64,000 bases of DNA from positions 267,242 to 331,241 of the forward strand of contig DASTXL010000001.1 in the NCBI GenBank assembly GCA_035758565.1. Direction: 5' to 3'. Both the position numbers and the translations under genes were made by a program. Position 1 is the stretch's first letter; each line of letters begins with the position of its first letter. Below are positions 9,513 to 20,098 of the stretch, piece by piece. This DNA is from Candidatus Saccharimonadales bacterium. Lineage in GTDB: Bacteria; Patescibacteriota; Saccharimonadia; Saccharimonadales; UBA10212. A model generated the notes under the pieces. The model was not told the origin of the DNA, did no database searches, and was given only the letters and a program-made list of their open reading frames with translations.

Positions 9513-10508
9513 ATGTTTCATTCCGCAGCACTAAAAATCACGGCCTGGTACCTCGGCATCATCATGGTGGTAAGCATTGTTTTTAGCGTGGCGCTTTACC
9601 ATGTTGCCGGCAATGATTTAGATCGTAACGTCAACCGCCAGGTCTCTTACTACAATGGTTTTTTGTCGCCGTTCGACCTTAATAATTACTCGCAAATTCG
9701 AGAGCAACAACTCGATCAAGACCGAGCTCATCTACGCGCCAATTTGGTGGCATTAAACTTGCTGGTTTTGATTGTTGGCGGAGCGGCTAGCTACGCTCTA
9801 GCGCGCCGTACTTTAGAACCAATCGAAACCGCGTTAGAAGGCCAAAAGCGCTTCGCCGCCGATGCCAGCCATGAGTTGCGCACGCCGCTGACCGCCATGC
9901 AATCAGAGATTGAAGTCGCCCTGCGCGATCCAAAGCTATCTAAAACCGAAGCCGTCGCCCTTTTGGGCAGCAATCTAGAAGAAGTCGCCAAACTCAAAAC
10001 TTTATCAGAAGGTCTGCTTAAATTAGCAAACCACAACGGTCGTATTAAAACGAACCAAGCCGTTCATCTGGATGAATCAGCCCGCGAAGCCATTGCCAGA
10101 ATGGAGAAGAACGCTCAGCAAAAAAACATCGATTTAGAAACCAAGTTCAAGCCATCGGTGGCTATTGGCGACCCGGCCAGCCTAACGGAACTAGCAGCTA
10201 TCTTAATAGACAATGCAATCAAATACAGCCCGGCGGGCAGCAAAATTTTGGTAGCTACCGGACAGTCAAAAAAAGCAGCCTTTTTGCGCGTTGAAGACCA
10301 CGGGCAGGGCATCAAGGCTTCTGATTTACCTCGCATTTTTGATCGCTTTTATCGGGCCGACACCAGCCGCAACAAAGACCAGGCTGAGGGTTACGGCTTG
10401 GGTCTGGCGCTAGCTAAAAAGATTGCCGATCTTCACCACGGCCATATAGAAGTATCCAGTACCGTAGACAAGGGTTCGGTTTTTAGCGTCTACCTGCCGC
10501 AGGCTTAG
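9513..10508 (+). CDS. Sensor histidine kinase (HisKA + HATPase_c)
   Basis: H-box ASHELRTPLT, N-box IDNAIKYSP, G-boxes DHGQGI and GYGLGLA. Confidence 0.9.
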   Translation: MFHSAALKITAWYLGIIMVVSIVFSVALYHVAGNDLDRNVNRQVSYYNGFLSPFDLNNYSQIREQQLDQDRAHLRANLVALNLLVLIVGGAASYALARRTLEPIETALEGQKRFAADASHELRTPLTAMQSEIEVALRDPKLSKTEAVALLGSNLEEVAKLKTLSEGLLKLANHNGRIKTNQAVHLDESAREAIARMEKNAQQKNIDLETKFKPSVAIGDPASLTELAAILIDNAIKYSPAGSKILVATGQSKKAAFLRVEDHGQGIKASDLPRIFDRFYRADTSRNKDQAEGYGLGLALAKKIADLHHGHIEVSSTVDKGSVFSVYLPQA

Positions 10509-12172
10509 GCGATGTTCGTCATAGCTTTGAGCAGGGCAGATAAAACGCGGCCAAAACCAGCAATACCGCCGCCATAAACAATGTAGCGGTCTTCCCAGTT
10601 AGGTTCGTATTTAGATTTGAAGCGCTTTAAGCCTTCGAACGAGTAAAACCGGCCGCCGTTGGCATAAGCAAACCTTAAAATGCTGCCGAGTAGATTTTTG
10701 TCAGCGTCATTTTCTTTGTCCAGGCCGGACAAAGGACAAAGACCCATATTGAGATGGCTGTAGCCTTCGATCCCTAGATATTTTATGAAGTTAAGCATCA
10801 AAAAGTCGTTAATATTACTTAAGCTGCCGCTTTCGTGGCGCAGAAAGTCATAGTTGGCTTCTTTATTCAGAACATCAGGAACTTGATTAAGAAAAGCTTG
10901 GATATTACCGCTTTGGTCTTTAACGACGGCAATACGGCATTGTTGCATATAGGCGGCACTAAAGTAGCCGAGCATAAATCCACGCTCGGCTCGACCAGGT
11001 GAGCTCAACCAGCTGTCCGAAACTACAGCCAATCGGTCTAAGGTTGCTTGGTCGTGGGGAGGCTCTAAGACTTCAAAGGTATAACCGCCTTTAGAAAAGC
11101 GGTTATTGATGTTGCGAAAGTACTTGTTTCTAACTACCGAGGAGTTGAAATTGGCAACATCGACCAGAGCCTCCTCGCCAATCTTTTGCGCCTCCAAGCC
11201 TAAGCGTTTATATAGCTTGAGGTTAGACTTGTCCGTATGCACCAAAGCTGTTCGCCAATCGTTTGCACGGCAAAGTTCATCAAAAGAAATTAAAAGCTGT
11301 TTGACCTCGGCAGGTGTTCCCAGTGGATCACCGACCACCAGAGCTACGCCTCGGCTAACCCGATAAGCTAGCATGCTGGTTCTAGACTGGTTAAAAAAGT
11401 AGACCTTATCGCGCGGCCACAGCTTAAAGAAGTCTTCGCTAGTTTTTGGACGACAGCCAACAATATTTTTGGCGTCTATATAGTCTTGCTGCCGATGCGC
11501 CAGGCGAAAGCGAATCGGACTAAATAAAGAAAATGCTACGTAGGCCAGAGAAACCACACTGACCGTAGCTAGCGAATCGACGAAGAATAGGGAGCGCCGG
11601 GTATGCGGCGTGGGTTTATTGTTAGTGGTTAAGCCAATTTGGTCGATCGTGTAATGGGCGGCTGTCGACGGTCCGATTTCTTCATGAAAATCCCGCCGGT
11701 CAAAAAGCTGAAAGCCAATAACTCCATATAGAAAAGCTATCAATAAAATAATGATTGCTCTACGCAAAGCAATTCGAAAAGTCGTGGCTTCACTGCGAAC
11801 GACATACCGTTGCCTGAAAATAACCAGGCAAATCAAAAGCAAGATAGGCAGGACAAGATTAGTGAGTACTAGCAGCAGATAGTGGCCGCTCATTTCGTCA
11901 TCAAAAACAAAGTGCCTGGTATTACGAATTAAAATCAGCGGAAAAACAGCTAAGGCAGCCAGCCAGGCGTTATGCTTGCCGCGCCGCAGTAACATGCCCA
12001 AATATATAAGGCTAATGCCGGCAATTAGGGTTAAATGGGCATCGGCAATAATGATTCGAGCGTAGTGCAAGTGAACAAGCTCATAGAGCGTACTGGATAG
12101 CGTGGCGATTCCAAGCAAAGCCGTTAGCGCGGCAATTATATTAAGCGGCCAGTCTTGTCTTAAGCTTTTCAT
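10505..12172 (-). CDS. MprF-like protein: N-terminal TM domain plus C-terminal DUF2156 (aminoacyl-phosphatidylglycerol synthase-like)
   Basis: About 6 TM helices followed by a soluble ~330-aa domain with a DUF2156-like pattern (RNKYFRNINNRF, GFMLGYF, FKSKYEP). Confidence 0.6.
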   Translation of the reverse strand: MKSLRQDWPLNIIAALTALLGIATLSSTLYELVHLHYARIIIADAHLTLIAGISLIYLGMLLRRGKHNAWLAALAVFPLILIRNTRHFVFDDEMSGHYLLLVLTNLVLPILLLICLVIFRQRYVVRSEATTFRIALRRAIIILLIAFLYGVIGFQLFDRRDFHEEIGPSTAAHYTIDQIGLTTNNKPTPHTRRSLFFVDSLATVSVVSLAYVAFSLFSPIRFRLAHRQQDYIDAKNIVGCRPKTSEDFFKLWPRDKVYFFNQSRTSMLAYRVSRGVALVVGDPLGTPAEVKQLLISFDELCRANDWRTALVHTDKSNLKLYKRLGLEAQKIGEEALVDVANFNSSVVRNKYFRNINNRFSKGGYTFEVLEPPHDQATLDRLAVVSDSWLSSPGRAERGFMLGYFSAAYMQQCRIAVVKDQSGNIQAFLNQVPDVLNKEANYDFLRHESGSLSNINDFLMLNFIKYLGIEGYSHLNMGLCPLSGLDKENDADKNLLGSILRFAYANGGRFYSFEGLKRFKSKYEPNWEDRYIVYGGGIAGFGRVLSALLKAMTNIA

Positions 12173-12199
12173 GGAGTTAACAGTGTTATTATACGGTTA

Positions 12200-12865
12200 A
12201 TGCTAAAGTCTCGCTTCTTACCGCTAATAGCTTTGGCGGCAGCCATATCATTCAATAACTGGATACTCGGCATTTTCTTAAATAACCATCTGTTTTTGGC
12301 CGGCGGATCAGTTAGTGAATTTAGTGCATCAACTCAACCTTATCACTGGCTGTTCAGACTGCTCGATATAGTCTCTGGGCTTTTGCTGGCAGGGCTGGGC
12401 ATTCTTATTTACAGACTGCTGGCCGGACGACGCTATTATAGCTGGCTAGGATTTGGGCTACTGATTTTGGGACTATCAAACTGCTTGGATGCCGTTTTGC
12501 CACTGCCGTGTTCTGGCACGGTTGATGCTCATTGCAACGCGCCAGTCAGGATCAGCCTGCACCGAGTCTCGCTGCCTACCCATGTCTTTAGTAGTACGAT
12601 CATCGGCCTATGCTATGTACTAATCCCGCTGGCCGTTTACCTTTATGCCAATCGAGTGGGCAACCAAGCGACGAAGCTTCTTAGTTGGGTGGTATTAGTT
12701 TCGACTTTATTGTTTTTTGGGCTTTTAGCTTTAGAATCCTTCTACGAAAGTAGTGTTTTTAGCCACCTAGCAGGCTACGCTCAAGAGCTACAGATGATTC
12801 TACTGGGTTGGCTTTTTGTAAAAATAACCTCTGTTGCTAGGCGCGAACCAGCAAACTCGCCTTAG
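12200..12865 (+). CDS. Integral membrane protein (DUF998-like), function unknown
   Basis: 221 aa with six or more hydrophobic helices. A -10-like TGtTATTAT lies 7 nt before the ATG. Confidence 0.5.
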   Translation: MLKSRFLPLIALAAAISFNNWILGIFLNNHLFLAGGSVSEFSASTQPYHWLFRLLDIVSGLLLAGLGILIYRLLAGRRYYSWLGFGLLILGLSNCLDAVLPLPCSGTVDAHCNAPVRISLHRVSLPTHVFSSTIIGLCYVLIPLAVYLYANRVGNQATKLLSWVVLVSTLLFFGLLALESFYESSVFSHLAGYAQELQMILLGWLFVKITSVARREPANSP

Positions 12866-12904
12866 CCTCGATCTGATTCGTGTATAATAAATAGCGTTAA
12901 CAAT

Positions 12905-13044
12905 TTAAGTATCAAGAGAGCAGCCAGGGAACGAGCCCTAAACTGCCAGCAACCTGCTAAAAGTAAGGTGCTAAATCTCGCCCGCGAGGGAAAGATATGT
13001 TGATCAAAAACGATCCTTTCTCTTGCAAAAAGAAAGGATTTTTA
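12905..13044 (+). promoter_or_regulatory. SAM-I (S-box) riboswitch with intrinsic terminator expression platform
   Basis: Matches the SAM-I core: UAUCAAGAGAG...CAGGGA...GAGCCC...GCAACC...AAGGUGCUAAAUCU...GGAAAGAUA. The terminator follows. An extended -10 TGTATAAT sits at 12881-12888. Confidence 0.8.
13013..13044 (+). terminator. Riboswitch terminator hairpin
   Basis: 9-bp stem atcctttct (13013-13021) pairs with agaaaggat (13031-13039). A T-run follows and runs into the metK ATG. Confidence 0.75.
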
Positions 13045-14004
13045 ATGTCAAATTACAAAACCGCCGAAAGTGTCAGCCCAAAACACCCCGACAAACTCTG
13101 CGACCAAATATCCGACGCTATTTTAGACGCCTATCTAGCCAAAGACCCCAAAGCTCGCGTAGCCGTAGAGGCTGTTGGCGGCCACGGCATAATCTTTGTA
13201 GTTGGCGAAGTTACCTCTGATCATCATGTCGACATCGAGCCAATTGTTAAAAGAATCGCCCCCGGCGCAAAAGCACATATTAAAATTGTCAGGCAAAGCC
13301 CGGAAATAGCCAGTGGAGTTGACACCGGCGGCGCGGGCGACCAGGGAATAATGGTGGGCTACGCTACAAGCGAAACCACCGAACTTTTGCCTCTGGAGGT
13401 AGTTCTGGCGCGCCAACTTAATCAACGCTTATTTGCGCTCTGGCCGAATGACGGCAAAACCCAAGTCACGCTCAAAGACAATCAAATCGTAACTGTTGTA
13501 GCTAGCTTTCAGCACACCAAGCAGGCCGAACTCGCCGAAGCCGTAGCCGAGTGGCTTAAAGGCCAGAATACTGCTCGAGATGTAACTATTTTTGCCAACC
13601 CATCGGGCGACTGGGACCAAGGCGGCTTTGACGCCGACACAGGCTTAACTGGGCGCAAATTAGTCATTGATAATTACGGTCCGCAGATTCCTGTTGGCGG
13701 TGGTGCGTTCTCTGGCAAGGATGCTTCTAAGGTAGACCGCTCTGGCGCTTATATGGCCCGCCGAATTGCCGTTGACTACCTAAAAAACACTGGCGCCAAG
13801 GAGGTGTATTGTTACCTTGCCTATGCCATTGGTGTAGCCGAACCGGTCGAAGCCACCGTGCTAATTGACGGCCAAGAGCAGTCTGTTTCCGGCTACGACT
13901 TAACGCCAGCCGGCATCATTAAGCACCTTGATCTTCTTAAGCCGCAATACGAAAAAACCGCGGCCTGGGGTCACTTTGGCAATAAATTTACATGGGATAG
14001 CTAG
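13045..14004 (+). CDS. metK: S-adenosylmethionine synthetase, compact 319-aa form
   Basis: Motifs ESVSPKHPDKLCDQISDAILD, GAGDQGIMVGYA, GGGAFSGKDASKVDRSGAYMARR. I moved the start from ORF-track 12997 to 13045 because 12997-13044 is the riboswitch P1 and terminator. Confidence 0.9.
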   Translation: MSNYKTAESVSPKHPDKLCDQISDAILDAYLAKDPKARVAVEAVGGHGIIFVVGEVTSDHHVDIEPIVKRIAPGAKAHIKIVRQSPEIASGVDTGGAGDQGIMVGYATSETTELLPLEVVLARQLNQRLFALWPNDGKTQVTLKDNQIVTVVASFQHTKQAELAEAVAEWLKGQNTARDVTIFANPSGDWDQGGFDADTGLTGRKLVIDNYGPQIPVGGGAFSGKDASKVDRSGAYMARRIAVDYLKNTGAKEVYCYLAYAIGVAEPVEATVLIDGQEQSVSGYDLTPAGIIKHLDLLKPQYEKTAAWGHFGNKFTWDS

Positions 14005-14005
14005 C

Positions 14006-14575
14006 TCACCGGCCATTTAGCGGTTCGACCAAAGGCACAAAGGCAAAACCTGGATGTTCAATAACATCAATGTTGCCTTCGCTTAGCTTTTCTATTTCGT
14101 AAATCATTTCATCGATCGGAATCACCATTTTGCCACCCACGGCCACTTGACTAAGCAGATCACCAGGCACTTCATCACCAGCCGCACTCACCAAAATTCG
14201 ATCATAGGGTCCGTAACGGGGCAGGCCATACCTACTACCGGTTTTATGGAATTCTAAGTTATGTATTCCTAAACGACGGCAGTTATCACGACCTAGCTGC
14301 ACTAGCTCGGGAATAATTTCTACGGCGTAAACCCGACCGGTAGAACCCGTAAGATAAGCAAGCAGGGCAGAAGTCCATCCGGAACCGGATCCGACATCAA
14401 GAATTTTATCGCCAGGCTCAACGTCCAGCCAATCTAGCATGTAACGCACCGTTGTAGGCTGGCTGATGGTTTGCCCGAAGCCGATCGGGAGCGCTACGTC
14501 AAAGCCGACTCCTGCCTGACTAGGCAGGAACTTTTCGCGGGGGAAACTTTGAAATGCTGAATCTACGCTACCCAT
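14006..14575 (-). CDS. pcm: Protein-L-isoaspartate O-methyltransferase
   Basis: Motifs ISQPTTVRYMLDWL and ILDVGSGSGWTSALLAYL. Confidence 0.85.
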   Translation of the reverse strand: MGSVDSAFQSFPREKFLPSQAGVGFDVALPIGFGQTISQPTTVRYMLDWLDVEPGDKILDVGSGSGWTSALLAYLTGSTGRVYAVEIIPELVQLGRDNCRRLGIHNLEFHKTGSRYGLPRYGPYDRILVSAAGDEVPGDLLSQVAVGGKMVIPIDEMIYEIEKLSEGNIDVIEHPGFAFVPLVEPLNGR

Positions 14576-14639
14576 ATTTAAAATATGTAAGGATTCTTCC
14601 CGTGGCGCTATGACTTAAAGCACAAACACTGCCAAAACT

Positions 14640-14674
14640 AAAAGTCCGGCCCCCTAAGGGCAACCGGACTTTTA
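14640..14674. terminator. Bidirectional hairpin terminator
   Basis: aaaagtccgg pairs with ccggactttt around a GC-rich loop; A-run and T-run on either side. Confidence 0.6.
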
Positions 14675-14688
14675 AAGTCGGCCGTAAG

Positions 14689-14952
14689 CTATTGACCGTA
14701 GCGGATGTACGGTAGTTCCGGCCAGAGCAAGCGAGCCGTTTTTCGACCCTTGCTGCTAAGAGTGGCCATTGTGCCGTAACCGGTATTTTTGAGTTTAACC
14801 AGACCTTTATGCTGCATGTTCTGAAGGATATTAAACAAGCGGCGGCGGTCAAAGCGCAGCCTTTCGGCGAGGTTTTCAACGTCTTCTTCCCCAGATTCTT
14901 CTATGACCTGGATAATTAGCGCTTGGTCCTCGTTGAATTTTGCTAGTTTCAT
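14689..14952 (-). CDS. Small hypothetical protein (87 aa), possible winged-helix DNA-binding protein
   Basis: Strong SD (aaaggaggagatttATG). Helix-rich acidic N-terminus, then LFNILQNMQHKGLVKL. Divergent from the cyo operon. Confidence 0.5.
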   Translation of the reverse strand: MKLAKFNEDQALIIQVIEESGEEDVENLAERLRFDRRRLFNILQNMQHKGLVKLKNTGYGTMATLSSKGRKTARLLWPELPYIRYGQ

Positions 14953-15078
14953 AAATCTCCTCCTTTTGCTTTAAAGGTACTTGCTATTATAAGTCCCTAT
15001 GCTTAAACGACGCTTAAGCCTACCTAAGCTCTAACTTACTTAATGCAAGCATGAGCTTTATGTTTATTTTGGGTTATA

Positions 15079-15999
15079 ATGAGAGCGAAGATGAGGGCAA
15101 AATATAAAAAAGAGGTGGGCTTAACGCTGCTCTTTGCAGTTATTTTGGTAGCTACTATCATTGTGGTCGCGTTCTTTCGACGCCATAATGTCGCCATCTT
15201 GGAACCCCGCGGCACTATTGCTCACCAGGAACGCAATCTTATGCTGGTCGCTTTGCTGCTATGCGCAATAGTGGTAATCCCGGTGTTTGCGTTAACCATT
15301 TTGATTGCTCTTAAATACCGCGAAGGCAATACCAAAAAGAAACACTATTCGCCCAACTGGGAAGGTGGCCGCTGGATGGAGGTTACCTGGTGGGGAATTC
15401 CTTTTGCGATTATCTTTGTGTTAGCCATTATCACATGGAACTCATCTTATAATTTAGACCCCTATAAAGCTCTCGCTTCCAACAACAAAACCATGAGGAT
15501 CCAAGTAGTATCACTAGATTGGAAATGGCTGTTTATTTACCCAGATCAAAATATAGCAACGGTTAATTACGTACGATTCCCCGTGAATACGCCGGTTAAT
15601 TTCGAAATTACATCAGATAGTGTAATGAATTCTTTTTGGATTCCAAACTTAGGCGGCCAGATTTATGCTATGCCGGGCATGAGCACTGATCTGAATCTGA
15701 TGGCTAGCAAGGCCGGAGCCTACTCTGGCTCAAGCGCCAACATAAGCGGCCAAGGCTTTTCGGACATGGACTTTACGGCAACGGCCAGTTCTAAACAAGA
15801 CTTTAAAACCTGGTTGAGTTCAGTCAAAAAGTCAACCGCGAGCCTTAGCGAAAATACTTATAGCAAGCTAGCCAAACCTAGCCTGCACAATCAGATAGCC
15901 TATTATTCTTCTGTTAAGTCGGGGCTTTACGATCAGATTGTAGACAGGTATATGGGGCCGATGGCGCAAATGCCTGGGATGCACGGAGAAGGCCAATGA
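15079..15999 (+). CDS. cyoA: Cytochrome o/bo3-type quinol oxidase subunit II
   Basis: Two N-terminal TM helices and a cupredoxin fold without CuA ligands ([12 protein letters not shown]). The start may be 15091, because the first ATG overlaps TATAAT at 15075-15080. Confidence 0.9.
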   Translation: MRAKMRAKYKKEVGLTLLFAVILVATIIVVAFFRRHNVAILEPRGTIAHQERNLMLVALLLCAIVVIPVFALTILIALKYREGNTKKKHYSPNWEGGRWMEVTWWGIPFAIIFVLAIITWNSSYNLDPYKALASNNKTMRIQVVSLDWKWLFIYPDQNIATVNYVRFPVNTPVNFEITSDSVMNSFWIPNLGGQIYAMPGMSTDLNLMASKAGAYSGSSANISGQGFSDMDFTATASSKQDFKTWLSSVKKSTASLSENTYSKLAKPSLHNQIAYYSSVKSGLYDQIVDRYMGPMAQMPGMHGEGQ

Positions 16000-17981
16000 T
16001 AACTTTTGCTAGCGCCTTACTTGGCAGATTAAACACCAGTGCTTTTCCGCACGAAATCATAACCATTGGCGGCGCACTGTCTATGGTGGGCGCCCTCGTC
16101 CTTATCGCAGCTTTACTGACTTACTATAAAAAATGGACATGGCTATATAAAGAATGGCTAACAACAACTGATCATAAGAAAATCGGCATAATGTATCTGA
16201 GCGTAGCCGGCGTGATGTTGTTGCGCGGCCTTTCTGACGCCTTGATGATGCGCGCCCAGCAGGCAACTTCGGTGGGCGCCCACCACGGAGTATTAACCAG
16301 CAACACTTTCCAACAAGTTTTCAGCGCTCACGGCACCATTATGATTTTCTTCGTTGGCATGGGCTTTTTGTTCGGCTTATTTAACCTGATAGCGCCTTTG
16401 CAAATTGGCAGCCGAGACGTGGCCTTTCCAGTACTTAACGCAGTTAGTTTTTGGCTGTTTGCAGCCGGTATGGCGTTAGTTAATTTATCACTCATAGTCG
16501 GTGAATTTTCGGCTGCTGGCTGGTTGGCCTATCCGCCGCTTTCCGAACTCAAATTCAGTCCGGGTGTAGGCGTAGACTATTGGATTTGGAGTTTGCAAAT
16601 TGCTGGTATTGGCTCGCTTATGAGCGGCATGAACTTTTTTACGACGATTATAAAAATGCGTGCGCCCGGTATGACTTTGATGAGAATGCCGCTGTTCGTT
16701 TGGAGCGTCTTGACCGCCTCGGTAATGATCATGTTTGCTTTTCCAATCTTAACCGTTACGCTAACGCTACTGGCTCTGGACCGAACGCTTGGCATGCACT
16801 TCTTTACGGCTGGGCAGGGAGGCAATCCGATGATGTACGTTAATCTAATTTGGGCCTGGGGACACCCGGAGGTCTATATTTTGGTAATTCCGGCCTTTGG
16901 AGTTTATTCAGAAATTGTGGCCACGTTTTCGCGCAAGAAACTGTTTGGCTATAAGTCAATGGTACTGGCGCTGGCCTCTATTGCTCTTTTGTCGTTTACT
17001 GTCTGGCTGCACCACTTCTTTACCATGGGCGCCGGTGCAGATGTGAACGCCTTCTTTGGCATCACGACCATGCTAATTGCCGTGCCGACTGGTGTGAAAA
17101 TATTCAACTGGCTATTTACTATGTATCGCGGCCGAATTAAATTTGTTAGCCCAATGATTTGGTTCTTAGGATTCGTCTTTTTGTTTACCACCGGTGGCGT
17201 AACGGGTGTTATGTTGGCCGTTCCGGCTATCGACTACCAAGTGCATAACAGCCTGTTCTTGGTAGCCCATTTCCACACTATGATAATATCGGGTGTTTTG
17301 TTCGGTTACTTTGCCGGCTTGACCTACTGGTTTCCTAAGGTTTTTGGGTTCAAACTCAACGACCGCCTGGGCAAATACGCCGCCTACTGCTGGATTATCG
17401 GCTTTGTACTGGCTTTCTTCCCACTTTATATTTTGGGCTTGATGGGCGCCACTCGCCGGCTAGACCACTACAGCGCCAGCTCGGGTTGGCAAGCGTTATT
17501 CATAGTTGCCGCTGTCGGTGTGGTAGTAATTTGCCTAGGAGTGTTCTTCCAGCTACTGCAACTTGTTTATAGTATTTGGAAGCGCGACTACAACCGCGAT
17601 CTAACCGGCGACCCGTGGGATGGCCGCACACTGGAATGGTCTACAACTTCACCAGTGCCGGTTTATAACTTTGCTGTTGTACCAGAGGTCACTGATCGCG
17701 ACGCCTGGTGGCAGATAAAGCACCAAAAAGGCGAAGTTAAAAAACCCGAATACGAGCCAATCACGCTGCCCAAGAACACGCCATTTGGTCTAGTACTGGC
17801 CGCCTTGGCCTTTGCGTTTGGGTTTGGAGTTATTTGGCATATTTGGTGGTTATGTATTGTTAGCTTTGTCGCTCTTCTTGTCTTTGTTATAGTTCGCTCA
17901 ACCGACGACAAAACCGAATACACATTATCGGCGGCCAAGATTGCCAAGATGGAAGCCGCCCGCGCGGAGGCCAGGTTATGA
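15996..17981 (+). CDS. cyoB: Quinol oxidase subunit I (heme-copper oxidase)
   Basis: 661 aa with canonical HCO motifs ([26 protein letters not shown]). Coupled to cyoA by an ATGA overlap. Confidence 0.95.
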   Translation: MITFASALLGRLNTSAFPHEIITIGGALSMVGALVLIAALLTYYKKWTWLYKEWLTTTDHKKIGIMYLSVAGVMLLRGLSDALMMRAQQATSVGAHHGVLTSNTFQQVFSAHGTIMIFFVGMGFLFGLFNLIAPLQIGSRDVAFPVLNAVSFWLFAAGMALVNLSLIVGEFSAAGWLAYPPLSELKFSPGVGVDYWIWSLQIAGIGSLMSGMNFFTTIIKMRAPGMTLMRMPLFVWSVLTASVMIMFAFPILTVTLTLLALDRTLGMHFFTAGQGGNPMMYVNLIWAWGHPEVYILVIPAFGVYSEIVATFSRKKLFGYKSMVLALASIALLSFTVWLHHFFTMGAGADVNAFFGITTMLIAVPTGVKIFNWLFTMYRGRIKFVSPMIWFLGFVFLFTTGGVTGVMLAVPAIDYQVHNSLFLVAHFHTMIISGVLFGYFAGLTYWFPKVFGFKLNDRLGKYAAYCWIIGFVLAFFPLYILGLMGATRRLDHYSASSGWQALFIVAAVGVVVICLGVFFQLLQLVYSIWKRDYNRDLTGDPWDGRTLEWSTTSPVPVYNFAVVPEVTDRDAWWQIKHQKGEVKKPEYEPITLPKNTPFGLVLAALAFAFGFGVIWHIWWLCIVSFVALLVFVIVRSTDDKTEYTLSAAKIAKMEAARAEARL

Positions 17982-18556
17982 GCGACATAATCCGATCCCA
18001 AGAAGACAAAACAACCTTCGGTTTCTGGGTCTATATAATGACCGACTGCATATTATTCGCATCGCTGTTCGCCACCTATGCCGTCCTTAGAAATAGCACC
18101 TACGATGGTCCGAGCGGCGCCGAGATTTTTAGCCTGCCATTCGTCTTAACCGAAACGTTAATTCTGCTGACCAGCAGCTTCACGATGGGTCTGGCTATTT
18201 TGGCAGCCCGTCAAAAATCCAAGGATCAAGTCTTGCTGTGGCTAGCTGTAACCTTTGTCTTGGGTCTGTCTTTTTTGGGCCTAGAACTCCATGAATTTAC
18301 TAAATTAGTCCACGAGGGTAACAGTTGGCGCCGAAGCGGCTTTTTGTCAGCCTTCTTCACGCTGGTAGGCACGCACGGTTTACACATCACAACCGGCCTT
18401 ATTTGGATGGCAACTATGGCCGTTCGCATTTATAAGCGCGGATTTGATAAGGTGTCGTACAAACGATTGACCATGCTGAGTTTATTTTGGCACTTCTTAG
18501 ACGTCATTTGGATATTCATATTTAGCATTGTTTATCTTTTGGGGGTAACCAGTTAG
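17978..18556 (+). CDS. cyoC: Quinol oxidase subunit III
   Basis: Five-TM protein with [10 protein letters not shown] and FWHFLDVIW. Coupled to cyoB by a 4-nt overlap. Confidence 0.9.
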   Translation: MSDIIRSQEDKTTFGFWVYIMTDCILFASLFATYAVLRNSTYDGPSGAEIFSLPFVLTETLILLTSSFTMGLAILAARQKSKDQVLLWLAVTFVLGLSFLGLELHEFTKLVHEGNSWRRSGFLSAFFTLVGTHGLHITTGLIWMATMAVRIYKRGFDKVSYKRLTMLSLFWHFLDVIWIFIFSIVYLLGVTS

Positions 18557-18928
18557 ATGAAAGAGCAAAAGGAACCGGGAACCTACTTGAGTTATTACAT
18601 TGGATTTTTGCTATCGGTGATTCTGACTATGGCCGCCTATCTAGTCACCAAACACCACCTTAATACGCACCATACTTCACCGCCTGATAGCGTAATGCCG
18701 GCAATTCTGTTGGGACTTGGCGTGATTCAGCTATTTATTCAACTTTTCTTTTTCTTGCATCTGGGCCGCGAAGGCAAGCCACGTTGGAAATCAATGGCCT
18801 TAGTCTTCGCTATATTAGTAGTGCTTATAATAGTCGTTGGCTCAATTTGGATAATGGACAACTTAAATTACCGCATGACACCTAGCCAAGTTAATACGTA
18901 CCTTAAGAACCAAGACGGCGGTATCTAA
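18557..18928 (+). CDS. cyoD: Quinol oxidase subunit IV
   Basis: 123 aa, three TM helices; its start abuts the cyoC stop (tagATG). Confidence 0.8.
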   Translation: MKEQKEPGTYLSYYIGFLLSVILTMAAYLVTKHHLNTHHTSPPDSVMPAILLGLGVIQLFIQLFFFLHLGREGKPRWKSMALVFAILVVLIIVVGSIWIMDNLNYRMTPSQVNTYLKNQDGGI

Positions 18929-18942
18929 GCGAGCCATAAATT

Positions 18943-19818
18943 ATGGAAAAGATTAAGAGCTACTATAGCTTAACTAAGCCAGGCGTGATGTACGGCAACG
19001 CACTGACTGCTATTGCCGGCTTTTTGCTTGCCGCTAGCTATACCAAACGTTTTAGTTTTGGGCTTTTTATTGCTAGTACCTTCGGCTTGGCGCTAATTAT
19101 CAGTGCGGCCTGCGCGCTCAATAATTACTTAGACCGCGATATAGATAGTCGCATGGAGCGAACGAAGAAAAGGGCCAGCGTCACCGGCAAGGTCAGCCCG
19201 GCCGGCAATTTAGTTTTTGCCATCGTCTTAGCTGTTATTAGTTTGGTGGTTTTGGCCGCCTGGACTAACTGGCTAACGACTATTATCGCTTTAGTTGGCT
19301 TTGTTGATTATGTTTGGCTCTATGGAGCTTGGGCAAAACGCCGCACTCACCATGGCACGCTGGTTGGCAGCGTATCCGGAGCAGCACCAATACTGGCCGG
19401 CTACTGTGCCGTAACTAACCATATTGATATTGGCGCCATTCTAGCTTTTTTGATTTTATTCTTTTGGCAAATGCCGGAATTCTATTCAATATCCATCTAC
19501 CGCCGAACAGAATATGCCGCTGCCCGGGTGCCAGTTATATCAGTAGTTAAGGGCGTTCAAAATACCAAGACGCAAATATTTATTTACACGCTAGCTTATG
19601 TAGTTTGTACTCTTTTGTTGACAATTTTCGGCTATGCCGGCTGGGTCTACTTTGTGATCATGGCCGCATTGGGCAGTTATTGGTTGGGTCTTGGCTACCG
19701 AGGTTTAAAAACCAAGCCCAAAGACGACGATGTGTGGGCCCGCCGGATGTTCCGGTTTTCTATGATAACTATCTTGGTGCTTTGCATAATGCTGGCCATT
19801 GGCCCGTTGCTGCCATAG
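18943..19818 (+). CDS. cyoE: Protoheme IX farnesyltransferase (heme O synthase)
   Basis: UbiA-type motifs NNYLDRDIDSRMERTKKR and a polytopic profile. Confidence 0.9.
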   Translation: MEKIKSYYSLTKPGVMYGNALTAIAGFLLAASYTKRFSFGLFIASTFGLALIISAACALNNYLDRDIDSRMERTKKRASVTGKVSPAGNLVFAIVLAVISLVVLAAWTNWLTTIIALVGFVDYVWLYGAWAKRRTHHGTLVGSVSGAAPILAGYCAVTNHIDIGAILAFLILFFWQMPEFYSISIYRRTEYAAARVPVISVVKGVQNTKTQIFIYTLAYVVCTLLLTIFGYAGWVYFVIMAALGSYWLGLGYRGLKTKPKDDDVWARRMFRFSMITILVLCIMLAIGPLLP

Positions 19819-19833
19819 GTTATAATAAAGGTA

Positions 19834-20088
19834 ATGCTTTTGGGGATTCACATCATCGTGGCACTGGCTAGCCTGGTTAGTACCGGTTTAGCCCTTATCT
19901 CACCATCGACCACTAAGTTGCGCGCAAGTTACGAGCTAATAGCTTTGACCGTAGTCAGCGGCACTTATCTGGTTTTGCACACCCATCTGCCACTAACTCA
20001 AGCTTGCTTAACGGGTTTAACTTATCTTGGCATAAGTAGCTTGGCCGTAGTTTTGGCTCGACACAAGCTGGCTAGGCAAAAAATATAA
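19834..20088 (+). CDS. Small membrane protein (84 aa), unknown function
   Basis: Three hydrophobic helices. TATAAT at 19821-19826 lies 7 nt before the ATG. Confidence 0.5.
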   Translation: MLLGIHIIVALASLVSTGLALISPSTTKLRASYELIALTVVSGTYLVLHTHLPLTQACLTGLTYLGISSLAVVLARHKLARQKI

Positions 20089-20098
20089 GGAGAGGAAA

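Noticed and set aside
12997-13044. Upstream ATG 12997 as the metK start (ORF track)
   Set aside because: These 48 nt form the riboswitch P1 3' strand and the terminator hairpin with its T-tract. The conserved MetK N-terminus begins right after ATG 13045.
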